The notes under the pieces were generated by a model that was given only the letters and a program-made list of their open reading frames with translations, did not search any database and was not told the origin of the DNA. 64,000 bases of DNA from an uncultured Bacilli bacterium (GTDB taxonomy: Bacteria > Bacillota_I > Bacilli_A > RF39 > UBA660): assembly GCA_934130175.1 (NCBI GenBank), contig CAKOXP010000008.1, positions 181-64,180 of the forward strand, in the 5' to 3' direction. Position numbers and translations under genes: made by a program. Below are positions 44,374 to 53,748 of this stretch, in pieces (the first letter of the stretch is position 1; every line of letters starts with the position of its first letter).

Positions 44374-44916
44374 CTACTCACCTTTAGAATCCTCTTTATA
44401 ACTCAATATTTCAGAATACTTTTCTCTAATACTCTTTAATCTTTTCTTAGTAAGATATTCACTAGATAATTCCTCTTCTTTTGAAAAACAATTACTATAG
44501 TTTATTATCTTACCATCTTTAACAGCAACTAAAAGGGGAATTTCAAAATCAAAATTAGAAATATCTTCTTTTAGTTCCATTTTTAGTCTTTTATATTTAC
44601 CTTTTTCTTTATTCTTTAAAGTATCAAGGTTATAATAATTAATTTCTTTAATAGATAATTTTTTAGCTTCACTATTTATTAGTCCTACAGCTTCTACACT
44701 TCCTTCATCATCAGAATTAGCAAGTAAAATAAGTCCTGTTCCACTTTCTAAAATAGTAACTATATCTTTATAACTAGAATAAACAAATGGATTATTTTTA
44801 CTAACATTATATTCTTTAGCAAACTTTTCACTATCTGTTAATTCTTCTACTTTTTTAACAGAACAACCTGTTGTAAATATAATAAGTATTAGAAAAACTA
44901 CTACTAATTTTTTCAT
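44374..44916 (-). CDS. Lipoprotein of unknown function
   Basis: Lipobox IIFTTGC at residues 12-18. Confidence 0.55.
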   Translation of the reverse strand: MKKLVVVFLILIIFTTGCSVKKVEELTDSEKFAKEYNVSKNNPFVYSSYKDIVTILESGTGLILLANSDDEGSVEAVGLINSEAKKLSIKEINYYNLDTLKNKEKGKYKRLKMELKEDISNFDFEIPLLVAVKDGKIINYSNCFSKEEELSSEYLTKKRLKSIREKYSEILSYKEDSKGE

Positions 44917-44919
44917 TAA

Positions 44920-45792
44920 CTATCCTTTAATTTGGTTCATTACTTCTTCTGCAAAGTTTTCTTCTTTCTTTTCGATTCCTTCTCCTACTTCAAATCTAGT
45001 CATTGAAACAATCTTACCACCGTTATTTTTAACATAATCAAGAACTGTCATACCACTATCTTTAACAAATGGTTGTTCTTCTAAACAAATTTCTTTATAG
45101 AATTTATTTAATCTACCAGTAACCATTTTTTCAGCTATTTCAGCTGGTTTTCCTTCTTGCATAACTTGTTCTTTGATAACATGAGCTTCATGTTCAACCA
45201 TTTCAGCTGGAACTTCTTCTCTTGTTATAGCAGTTGGATTCATAGCAGCAGCATGCATTGCTACATCTTTAGCAACTTCTTCAGTAGTGTTTTCTAAAAC
45301 AACTAAACTACCAATTCTACCACCCATATGTTTATATGCTCCAAATACTTCATTATCGTTTTTAACTACTTTTTTAAAACGTCTAATGCTTATTTTTTCT
45401 CCGATTGTTGAAATAATGTTAATTAATTTATCATTAACAGTTGTTCCTTCATCATTATAGTTTAATAATGCATCAACATCATTGAAATCACTTTTTAAAA
45501 TAAGATCGGCTACATAATCAACGAATTTAGTAAATTCTTCATTTTTTGCAACGAAATCAGTTTCAGAGTTAACTTCTAAGATAACAGCTTCATTTCCTGA
45601 AGTTATAATTTGGCATACACCTTCAGCAGCTACTCTTCCTTCTTTTTTAGCAGCTTTAGAGATACCCTTTTCACGTAACCAGTCGATTGCTTTATCCATA
45701 TCTCCTTCGCATGCTTCTAAAGCTTTTTTACAATCAAGCATACCAGCTTGAGTTTTTTCTCTTAATTCTTTTACATCACTTGCTTTATACAT
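44920..45792 (-). CDS. tsf: Elongation factor Ts
   Basis: VKELREKTQAGMLDCKKAL N-terminal UBA-like domain; 290 aa. Confidence 0.95.
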   Translation of the reverse strand: MYKASDVKELREKTQAGMLDCKKALEACEGDMDKAIDWLREKGISKAAKKEGRVAAEGVCQIITSGNEAVILEVNSETDFVAKNEEFTKFVDYVADLILKSDFNDVDALLNYNDEGTTVNDKLINIISTIGEKISIRRFKKVVKNDNEVFGAYKHMGGRIGSLVVLENTTEEVAKDVAMHAAAMNPTAITREEVPAEMVEHEAHVIKEQVMQEGKPAEIAEKMVTGRLNKFYKEICLEEQPFVKDSGMTVLDYVKNNGGKIVSMTRFEVGEGIEKKEENFAEEVMNQIKG

Positions 45793-45838
45793 TTTAAATC
45801 CTCCTTATATTTAGAAAAAGGACAATTATTAATTATCC

Positions 45839-46810
45839 TTATTTATTTAATGCTTCTACTAATTCACTTTTCTTCATAGTAGAATAACCTTTAATTCCAG
45901 CTTCTTTTGCTTTTGCTTTTAAGTCAGCTAAAGTAAGACTAGATAAGTCAGTAGTTTCTTCTTTTGAAATTTCTTTAACTTCTTCTACTTCCTTCTTTTC
46001 TTCTTTAACAACTTTTTTTTCTTCTTTTACTTCTTTTTTGAATTCTTTCTTATCTTCTTTGAAAGATTTTTTTGAATTCTTTTTGAAATCTTTTGTTTTT
46101 TCATCTTCTGTTACGTAATCAATTACTTCATTACCATTAACTTCAGCGATAGCGTTAGTAAGTGCTCCTATGATTAATTTAACAGCACGAACTGCATCAT
46201 CGTTTCCTGGAATAACGTAATCAACAACATCTGGATCACAGTTAGTATCTACTATACCAAATACAGGGATTCCTAGAATATGAGCTTCTTTAATTGCGAT
46301 TTCTTCTTTACGAGGATCAACAATAACCATTGCTTGTGGAGCTTTTTTCATCTCACGGATTCCTCTTAAGTTTTTATTTAATTTTTCATATTCTTTTTTG
46401 ATATTAACTACTTCTTTTTTAGGTAATAAATCAAAAGTACCATCAGCTTCCATTTTTTCAATTTCATCTAATCTTTTAATTCTACTTCTTATTGTCTTGA
46501 AGTTAGTTAAAGTTCCACCTAACCATCTTTCATTCATGAAATACATGTTAGTTCTAACAGCAGCTTCTTCTACTGCTTCTTGAGCTTGTTTCTTAGTTCC
46601 AACAAATAAAACCTTTCCACCATCAGTAGCGATTTGTTTTAAAGCTTCATATGCTTCTTCTAATTTTTTAACTGTTTTAGCTAAATCGATAATATAAATA
46701 TCATCACGTGTTGTATAGATGTATTCCTTCATTTTTGGATTCCATCTTCTTTTTTGGTGTCCGAAATGTACACCAGCTTCTAATAAATAATTCATTGATA
46801 TTACTGTCAT
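45839..46810 (-). CDS. rpsB: 30S ribosomal protein S2 with an ~87-aa K/E-rich C-terminal extension ending in a Rho_N/SAP-like motif
   Basis: The canonical S2 core runs to about residue 236. It is followed by [24 protein letters not shown]... and then [32 protein letters not shown]. Confidence 0.93.
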   Translation of the reverse strand: MTVISMNYLLEAGVHFGHQKRRWNPKMKEYIYTTRDDIYIIDLAKTVKKLEEAYEALKQIATDGGKVLFVGTKKQAQEAVEEAAVRTNMYFMNERWLGGTLTNFKTIRSRIKRLDEIEKMEADGTFDLLPKKEVVNIKKEYEKLNKNLRGIREMKKAPQAMVIVDPRKEEIAIKEAHILGIPVFGIVDTNCDPDVVDYVIPGNDDAVRAVKLIIGALTNAIAEVNGNEVIDYVTEDEKTKDFKKNSKKSFKEDKKEFKKEVKEEKKVVKEEKKEVEEVKEISKEETTDLSSLTLADLKAKAKEAGIKGYSTMKKSELVEALNK

Positions 46811-46902
46811 TTTTTAATTTCTCCTTTTCGTTTCATCTTCTATTAGTTTCTAATACCTACAACCCTTAAGGCACGAAGTAGATAAATTCGCTAATATGTT
46901 TA

Positions 46903-47499
46903 TTATTTTAAAGCTTCTAATAATTCAGCTTTTTTCATTGTTGAAGCACCTTTAATATTTTGTTTTTTTGCTTCTTCTTTAAGTTCTGCAACTGTCATTT
47001 TTGAATAATCTGTTGCTTCTTTTTTAGTTTCTTTCTTTTCTTCTTTTTTTGCTTCTACTTTCTTAGTATCAGCTTTCTTAACTGTTTTTGTTCCTTCAAT
47101 AGTAACTTCTTTTAAAATTTCAGTTTTGTTTGCTTTTGCTTTTCCAGCTTTTCCATCACGAGCAACTTTTACTAATTCAGTAAATGCTTCTGGATTGCTG
47201 ATAGCGATTTCTGATAACATTTTACGGTTTACTTCAACACCAGCTTTAGTTAATCCTTCAATAAATCTTGAATAACTAATGTCATTTTGACGACATGCAG
47301 CATTGATTCTTGTAATCCATAACTTTCTGAAATCTCTCTTCTTTTGTTTTCTGTCTCTAAATGCATATTGACCTGAATGCATTAATTGTTCTTTAGCAGT
47401 TTTATATAATCTATGTTTACTACCAAAGTAACCTTTAGCTTGTTTTAATACTTTTTTATGACGAGCTTTTGTAACAGCTCCATTCTTTACTCTTGCCAT
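46903..47499 (-). CDS. rplT: 50S ribosomal protein L20 with an ~80-aa K/E-rich C-terminal extension ending in a Rho_N/SAP-like motif
   Basis: The canonical L20 core runs to about residue 116. The extension ends in [31 protein letters not shown]. Confidence 0.93.
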   Translation of the reverse strand: MARVKNGAVTKARHKKVLKQAKGYFGSKHRLYKTAKEQLMHSGQYAFRDRKQKKRDFRKLWITRINAACRQNDISYSRFIEGLTKAGVEVNRKMLSEIAISNPEAFTELVKVARDGKAGKAKANKTEILKEVTIEGTKTVKKADTKKVEAKKEEKKETKKEATDYSKMTVAELKEEAKKQNIKGASTMKKAELLEALK

Positions 47500-47525
47500 T
47501 TTATTTCCTCCTTAATACTTCTAAA

Positions 47526-47714
47526 TTAAATAATATTTTTTAATCTGTTGTAATCTGCTTTAGATAAAGTAGATCCCTTTCTACAACTTCTATTGAAGTT
47601 TGTTGATTTAGAACCAGTATTATGTCTACTTCCTGGTTTTCCAATTTTAACAACTTTGTTTTTATTTGTTCTAAAAACTTTTGCACTACCTTTATGTGTT
47701 TTAATTTTTGGCAT
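47526..47714 (-). CDS. rpmI: 50S ribosomal protein L35
   Basis: MPKIKTHKGSAKVF...; 62 aa, between infC and rplT. Confidence 0.93.
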   Translation of the reverse strand: MPKIKTHKGSAKVFRTNKNKVVKIGKPGSRHNTGSKSTNFNRSCRKGSTLSKADYNRLKNII

Positions 47715-47729
47715 AATTATTTCCTCCTA

Positions 47730-48275
47730 CTATTTTTCTTTCTTTGGTAATAACATCATTGTCATAGTTCTACCGTCAAGCTTAGGCATTTCACCTACTT
47801 CAGCATAGTCCTCTACTTTTGAAGCAAAGCGTAATAAAACCTCTTTTCCTAATTCGGTATGAGCCATTTGTCTACCCTTAAATCTAATTGTTAATTTAAC
47901 TTTGTCACCCTTTTGTAAATACTTAGTAGCATTTCTAAGTTTAGTTTCAAAGTCTCCAATATCAATTACAGGTGATAGGCGAAATTCCTTTAACTCAGAC
48001 ATATTAGCCTTTTGTTTTTTTAATGCTTCCTTAGCTTTCTTTTGTTTTTCATAACGGAACTTATTATAATCCATTACTTTACAAACAGGCGGATTAGCAT
48101 TAGGACTAATAAGAACTAAATCCAAAGAAGCATAATTTGCTAAAGTCTTAGCATCTTCAATAGACTTTACTCCTACTTGTTCACCATTTGGCCCAATTAC
48201 TAAAACTTCTCGAGCTTTAATCTGATCATTGATCAGCATGTTATCTTTATTGTTTGCGATAACTAACACCTCCAT
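47730..48275 (-). CDS. infC: Translation initiation factor IF-3 (start codon uncertain)
   Basis: INDQIKAREVLVIGPNGEQ...; the track ATG (48273-48275) is embedded in the SD-like ATGGAGGTG. Confidence 0.9.
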   Translation of the reverse strand: MEVLVIANNKDNMLINDQIKAREVLVIGPNGEQVGVKSIEDAKTLANYASLDLVLISPNANPPVCKVMDYNKFRYEKQKKAKEALKKQKANMSELKEFRLSPVIDIGDFETKLRNATKYLQKGDKVKLTIRFKGRQMAHTELGKEVLLRFASKVEDYAEVGEMPKLDGRTMTMMLLPKKEK

Positions 48276-48415
48276 AAAATAAGAAAAGTGGATATAAATT
48301 TATACCCACTTAAAAACCTATAATTTTAATTATATTAATTGGCTTTTTACCTAGTACTATTCGCTACTCAGGTGGATATAAATCGCTTTCCTTTTTCTTG
48401 ACTGATATAATTATA
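48276..48415 (-). promoter_or_regulatory. infC-rpmI-rplT leader: consensus promoter plus terminator/antiterminator (L20-leader-type attenuator)
   Basis: Minus strand has TTGACT(48433..48438)-17-TATAAT(48410..48415). The terminator is GTGGGTATA-aattt-TATATCCAC followed by TTTTCTT (48281..48311). The 12-mer ATTTATATCCAC is repeated upstream (48372..48383) and can pair with the terminator 5' arm. Confidence 0.5.
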
Positions 48416-48453
48416 TGCTTAAAGCTATTAAAAGTCAACACTTTTTTCATATT

Positions 48454-49674
48454 TTAGAGATTAAAATTTCCCTTTTTAAAAATTAATTTCTTGCCTTGAT
48501 TCGTTTCAGCTTCTATTTGTAAGTCACTTGTTCCTATCATGAAGTCAACATGAGTAGCACATATATTTAAGCCTTTTTTAATTAATTCTTCTTCACTTAA
48601 GTTTTTGCTATTATATATACTTTTAACAAAACCTCTTCCAAGGGCTAGATGACATGAAGCATTTTCATCAAATAACGTTTGGTTAAAGACTAAACCAGTA
48701 TTAGATATAGGTGAGGCGTATGCAACTAGTGCTACTTCTCCTAAATAATCTGCTTTCTCTTCAGAAGTGATTATTTTTTCTAAAGTCTTTTGTCCTTCTT
48801 TTGCATAGCAAGAAACAGCCTTACCATCTTTAAACTCTATATAAAAATCATTAATACAAACATCGTTATAATATAAAGGTTTACTGGCATAAACAATCCC
48901 ATTTGTTTTTCTATAGTCAGGCGAAGTAAATATTTCATAGCTTGGCATATTTACGATTAAAGATCTTCCTAAATCATTTTGTTTATCTAAATTCATCCAA
49001 ATATTTTTATCTGGTAACTCAATATATAAATCTGTACCAAGTGAATTTGTATAATGCATCTTTCTAATGTTAAGATTATTTAATTTTTCTTTATACTTGT
49101 TATTGGTTTCTATATATTCATCCCAAGCAGCAATAGGATCATCTCTATCAACCATACACATTTTCATAATCATATAAAATAATTTTTGATATGCTTCATC
49201 ATCATCCTTGAAGACTGTCTTAGCCCATCTTTCATTAGGAAGTGCAACTATTGTCCAAGGGAAAGTATATTTACTGACATTTTTTCTATAATATGGTGTG
49301 GTTTTTCCTCTTTCACTTACCCATTTTGCTATTTTATCTTCACCAATATCATTCATTAAACCTGGAACTGTAGAAGTTAAGAATAACAAAGAACCTCCTT
49401 TTAAGGCATAAGTATTCAAATTTGTTCTATCGATAAGCGGATTCAATTTTATATCTTCAACTGAAGTATTCTTTAAATAATCATGAATTTCATCTAAATC
49501 ATTAACATTTATACAAACATCAAATATTCCCATCTCATTTGCTTTTTCTTTAACTTTTAATGCAAAAGGAATATGTTCTTTAAAATCACAATTTATCATT
49601 AAAGATTTACTATCATCAAAGTTAAGACATTTTTTTAAAATTAATTCAATATATTTTTCTTCTAATTCTCTCAT
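48454..49674 (-). CDS. M29 family aminopeptidase (AmpS/PepS-like)
   Basis: 406 aa; C-terminal CHLALGRG...ATHVDFMIG pattern. Confidence 0.8.
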   Translation of the reverse strand: MRELEEKYIELILKKCLNFDDSKSLMINCDFKEHIPFALKVKEKANEMGIFDVCINVNDLDEIHDYLKNTSVEDIKLNPLIDRTNLNTYALKGGSLLFLTSTVPGLMNDIGEDKIAKWVSERGKTTPYYRKNVSKYTFPWTIVALPNERWAKTVFKDDDEAYQKLFYMIMKMCMVDRDDPIAAWDEYIETNNKYKEKLNNLNIRKMHYTNSLGTDLYIELPDKNIWMNLDKQNDLGRSLIVNMPSYEIFTSPDYRKTNGIVYASKPLYYNDVCINDFYIEFKDGKAVSCYAKEGQKTLEKIITSEEKADYLGEVALVAYASPISNTGLVFNQTLFDENASCHLALGRGFVKSIYNSKNLSEEELIKKGLNICATHVDFMIGTSDLQIEAETNQGKKLIFKKGNFNL

Positions 49675-49768
49675 TTTTTCACCTCAATAATTACCATATA
49701 TAATACCAAATTTAATTCTAATGAGCAAGAAAAAAATCCACATAAAATGGATTTTTGTTATAATTATT

Positions 49769-50611
49769 TTATTTTTTAACTTTGTAGAATGCGCCACAGA
49801 AGTTACGTCCAAATTTAGATTGATCATTTAAACCATATTTACTTGCTGCACTATTAGAATAATATTCAGGATTAGTAATAGTATCATTTTCATTATATAC
49901 TACATTTTGAATATTTCTTTCTTTCATTTCTTCTTGAATAGCTTTTCTTAAATTAATATGGAAAATTCCATTTTTATCTTCGATTATGCCTTTATCCCAT
50001 AATTTCTTATCTGTAGCCCAAGAAGGATATGTATCATAAGTCCAACTATCACCAGCACAAGCAGACACATAAGCAATAATATCTTCATCTTTACTGTTAT
50101 ATGCTTCTTTTAATGCATCAGCAACCATCATTGGCATTTTTTTATCAATTAAATCTGCAGAACAGTGAGCTACTGCTGTAACACCTTTGCTTCTATCTTC
50201 CATAACAACAACAGGACAATCTGCTACTGGATGTCCAACAACTACTCCTGGAACTTTATCAGTAATAATTAAAATATCTTCATCAATATCAGTCCATCCA
50301 TTTGTATTAGCTTCAACATAGTCTCTAGTTATTTCAAAATAACTACCATCTTTAGTTTTTTGATCAGCCATGAACATCTTGTGCCAATTAAATCCATTAT
50401 CTTTACCAAAGGCTAATCTATGAGAATTAAAAATAACTCTTTTATCATCCTTTGTTAGTTCATAATCATTTAAATCCTCAATATTTAAGCTATGAATGCT
50501 TGCCAACATCTTCTTGTCAAATTCAGTGATGTTGCTTAGTCTCATAGTTCCACCATTCATTGTTCCATAAATATTTTTAGAATCAACTAATTTTAAATTA
50601 TATTTTACCAT
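49769..50611 (-). CDS. Divergent DUF152/YfiH (PgeF, laccase-domain)-like protein
   Basis: GHPVADCPVVVMED...AVAHCS...GRNFCGAF resembles the His-Cys-His core arrangement of the family, but with a long N-terminal extension. Confidence 0.45.
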   Translation of the reverse strand: MVKYNLKLVDSKNIYGTMNGGTMRLSNITEFDKKMLASIHSLNIEDLNDYELTKDDKRVIFNSHRLAFGKDNGFNWHKMFMADQKTKDGSYFEITRDYVEANTNGWTDIDEDILIITDKVPGVVVGHPVADCPVVVMEDRSKGVTAVAHCSADLIDKKMPMMVADALKEAYNSKDEDIIAYVSACAGDSWTYDTYPSWATDKKLWDKGIIEDKNGIFHINLRKAIQEEMKERNIQNVVYNENDTITNPEYYSNSAASKYGLNDQSKFGRNFCGAFYKVKK

Positions 50612-50726
50612 TTTATATTCCCCCTTAAAATGTATTCACATTATACTATAAATTCTTTAAAATGTCAAGATTTATTTGTGGGCATAAAAAAACTTCTTAT
50701 TAATATATTAACATAAAAAAGTTTTA

Positions 50727-51470
50727 TTATTTGACTAATCTTTTTGATTCTATTTCTCTAATATTGTTTTTACTATAACTAAATTTTTTAGCTTCATTTA
50801 TAAAATAATTAATTATCTTTCTCGAATTTTCATCAAAATCATAACTAACTTCTGGATGCCATTGTATTCCCATATTAAAGAAATTTGCTGGATATTCTAT
50901 TCCCTCTATTAATCCATCTTCACTTATAGCAACTGTCTTATAAATATGATTTTCTAAAGCATGATATTTATGAAAACTATTAACCATAATTTCTTTTTCG
51001 CCAATGATTTCAAAAAGTTTAGAATCTTCATTTATATATACTTTATGGGTTAAAATATCATAATTTTCTTGGTCATGCTTTATTTCTGTTTCATTAGTTC
51101 CTAATTCTACGTCCTCTTGATAACAGCTCATCATTTGCATACTCAAACAAACAGCTAATGTTGGTATCTTTTTTTCAATAGCACATTCAAGCATATATCT
51201 ATCATACGGAGTAAACTTCATACCTCCTGGTAAAAATAAACCATCACATCTATCTAAATTATCATTAATGATTTGTTTTTCCTCTAAAGTTAATTCTTTA
51301 AATTCACTAGTTTTTGTATCAATATAATTAACATCTTGAACAGGAGGTATCGGAAAAACATTCCCTCCTGCTTTCTGAAGAGTTCTTCTAACTGATTCAG
51401 CCATATAAGTAATGCATCTATTATCACTCAAGTGTTGGTATCTTAATGGCACTCCAATTATTGGTCTCAT
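50727..51470 (-). CDS. Class I glutamine amidotransferase-like gamma-glutamyl hydrolase (peptidase C26, PuuD-like)
   Basis: LPGG, a nucleophile elbow AVCLSMQ, and GIQWHPE. Confidence 0.75.
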   Translation of the reverse strand: MRPIIGVPLRYQHLSDNRCITYMAESVRRTLQKAGGNVFPIPPVQDVNYIDTKTSEFKELTLEEKQIINDNLDRCDGLFLPGGMKFTPYDRYMLECAIEKKIPTLAVCLSMQMMSCYQEDVELGTNETEIKHDQENYDILTHKVYINEDSKLFEIIGEKEIMVNSFHKYHALENHIYKTVAISEDGLIEGIEYPANFFNMGIQWHPEVSYDFDENSRKIINYFINEAKKFSYSKNNIREIESKRLVK

Positions 51471-51479
51471 CCTAACCTC

Positions 51480-52856
51480 CTAAAATTTAATCTTTTCTTC
51501 TATATAATCTACTAATTCATCCAAATTTAAAGTTATTTGTTCCATAGTATCTCTATCTCTTACAGTAACTGTATTATTATTTATTGTTTCATCATCAATA
51601 GTTATTGCAAATGGTGTTCCAACAGCATCACATCTTCTATATCTTTTTCCAATTGAACCAGCTTCGTCATAACTAGTCATAAAGTATTTTGATAAAGTTT
51701 GGTATACTTCATTTGCTTTTTCTGAATGATATTTTTTAACAAGAGGTAAAACAGCCACTTTGAATGGTGCTAAAGCTGGATGTAGTTTTAATACTTCTCT
51801 TGTATCGTTTTCTAACTCTTCTACGTGATAACTATCTGCTAAAACAGCTAATAAAAGTCTATCTACTCCTACAGATGGTTCAATTACATATGGTAAGTAT
51901 TTCTCATTAGTTTCTGGATCTAAGTATTTTAAATCAGCCTTAGAATGCGCCTCATGTACACCTAAATCATAATTAGTACGATCTGCTACTCCCCATAATT
52001 CTCCCCATCCCATTGGATAGTTATATTCAATATCAGTAGTTGCAGCACTATAGAATACTAATTCATCTTTTTCATGATCTCTATATCTTAAATTTTCTTC
52101 TCTTAATCCTAAGCTTTTCAAAAAATCAAGACAATATTTTTTCCAGTATTCAAACCATTCTAAATCAGTTCCTGGTTTACAGAAAAATTCTAATTCCATT
52201 TGTTCAAATTCTCTAGTTCTAAAAATAAAGTTACCAGGAGTAATTTCATTTCTAAATGCTTTACCAACCTGTCCAATACCAAATGGTAATTTTGCTCTCA
52301 TAGAACGATATACATTAGAAAAGTTAACAAATATTCCTTGAGCAGTTTCTCCTCTTAAATAAACTTTACTTTGACTATCATTAGTAACACCCATATGAGT
52401 TTCAAATAATAAGTTAAATTGTCTAATTGATGTAAAGTCACTCTTACCGCAATGAGGACAAGTAATATTGTTTTCTTTGATAAATTCTTCTAATTTTTCA
52501 TTACTCCAACCATCACCTGTTTCTTCACCCTTAGTAAATTCTTCAATTAATTTATCAGCACGATGACGTGTTTTACAATTTTTACAATCTATTAAAGGAT
52601 CAGAAAAGCTTGCGACATGTCCACTTGCTACCCACACTTCCGGATTCATAAGTATAGCAGCATCTAATCCATAATTATATCTATTTTCTTGAATAAATTT
52701 TTTATGCCATGCATTTTTAATATTATCTTTTAATTCTTTTCCTAATGGACCATAATCCCAAGTATTTGCAAGTCCCCCATATATTTCACTTCCTTGAAAG
52801 ATATATCCATATTGTTTAGCATAATTTACTAGTTTTTCCATTGTTAATTGTTCCAT
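51480..52856 (-). CDS. glyQS: Glycine--tRNA ligase (homodimeric alpha2 type)
   Basis: 458 aa with [42 protein letters not shown] and a C-terminal anticodon-binding domain. Confidence 0.95.
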   Translation of the reverse strand: MEQLTMEKLVNYAKQYGYIFQGSEIYGGLANTWDYGPLGKELKDNIKNAWHKKFIQENRYNYGLDAAILMNPEVWVASGHVASFSDPLIDCKNCKTRHRADKLIEEFTKGEETGDGWSNEKLEEFIKENNITCPHCGKSDFTSIRQFNLLFETHMGVTNDSQSKVYLRGETAQGIFVNFSNVYRSMRAKLPFGIGQVGKAFRNEITPGNFIFRTREFEQMELEFFCKPGTDLEWFEYWKKYCLDFLKSLGLREENLRYRDHEKDELVFYSAATTDIEYNYPMGWGELWGVADRTNYDLGVHEAHSKADLKYLDPETNEKYLPYVIEPSVGVDRLLLAVLADSYHVEELENDTREVLKLHPALAPFKVAVLPLVKKYHSEKANEVYQTLSKYFMTSYDEAGSIGKRYRRCDAVGTPFAITIDDETINNNTVTVRDRDTMEQITLNLDELVDYIEEKIKF

Positions 52857-53395
52857 AATTCTCTCTCCTTTTCAATTAATTTAACAATCTCTTCTTCTTT
52901 ACTCTCTATTCTAACATACTCACCAATGCTTTTTTTGGCGAATTTTTTCTCATATAACCAAAACATTTCTTTTATAAGTGGTGAATAGAAAAAATCATCA
53001 TTATATAAAATAATTAATTTATCATCTTCTTTAGTTCTAGATTCTTCAATAGAAGATAGTATTTCTGTATAAGTCCCAAGTCCTCCCGGTAAAAATAGTA
53101 AAACATCACTTTTTTGATAAATTTCTCTCATTCTATCCATTGATGTTTCTACTATAATTGTCTCATCTAAATCTAAGTCATCAAGTTGATCCTTATAAAT
53201 TTTAAGTGTTACTCCGCAGACTTTTTTATTATGATTTTTAAAAATATCATAACAACTTCCCATTAAACCATTATGGTAAGCACCAAATACTAGATTAACA
53301 TCTTCAATTGCCGCTAGTTTTGCAACTAATGATAAACTATTTTTATAAAATTTATCATCTACTATTTCAGAACCACAACCTATAAATACATTCAT
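52844..53395 (-). CDS. LOG/TIGR00730-family protein (nucleotide 5'-monophosphate nucleosidase-like)
   Basis: [11 protein letters not shown] (the PGGxGTxxE motif) in a Rossmann-like 183-aa protein. Overlaps the glyQS start by 13 nt. Confidence 0.75.
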   Translation of the reverse strand: MNVFIGCGSEIVDDKFYKNSLSLVAKLAAIEDVNLVFGAYHNGLMGSCYDIFKNHNKKVCGVTLKIYKDQLDDLDLDETIIVETSMDRMREIYQKSDVLLFLPGGLGTYTEILSSIEESRTKEDDKLIILYNDDFFYSPLIKEMFWLYEKKFAKKSIGEYVRIESKEEEIVKLIEKERELWNN

Positions 53396-53684
53396 AAAAT
53401 TCCTCCTAAAATAAGAAAAACTTCTAGAATATATATAAGGACGAAAATAAATATTTCCGCGGTTCCACCTTATTTATTCTAGAAGAATCACTTTAATTAT
53501 ACTGCTGTTTGAGTTTCCACCTCAGTCATCGCAACTTATAAATATATACTACTAATATTTATTTAATTAGTCAAGATGAACAATCGATTTTTTTCCGATA
53601 ATGTAAACATAGTATCCATCTTGTTTTCTATTTTTTAAAATAAACTCTTTAATTTTCTTAATCATACCAATACCCCTCTTACGA
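53396..53684 (-). promoter_or_regulatory. T-box leader preceding the LOG-glyQS operon
   Basis: Minus strand has an extended -10 TGgTATAAT (53691..53699), a GCGATGA element and GGTGGAAAC. The T-box motif is AAGGTGGAACCGCGG (53457..53471). The terminator is CTTCTAGAATAAATAAGG...CCTTATATATATTCTAGAAG followed by a T-run (53411..53485). The specifier was not confidently located. Confidence 0.75.
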
Positions 53685-53748
53685 GTGCATATTATACCAT
53701 ATATTTAAGAAAAAGTAAAGAAGTAACTAATGTTTATAAGTTTATATT

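Noticed and set aside
46811-46902. Possible structured rpsB leader (S2 autoregulatory element).
   Set aside because: I could not identify a convincing conserved fold or pseudoknot by eye. It is left unannotated.
53567-53665. 32-codon ORF (MIKKIKEFILKNRKQDGYYVYIIGKKSIVHLD) with an AGAGGGG SD-like sequence upstream of the glyQS operon.
   Set aside because: It lies entirely inside the T-box leader transcript (TSS ~53684), where Stem I is expected. It is most likely a chance ORF in structured RNA, though I cannot exclude it.
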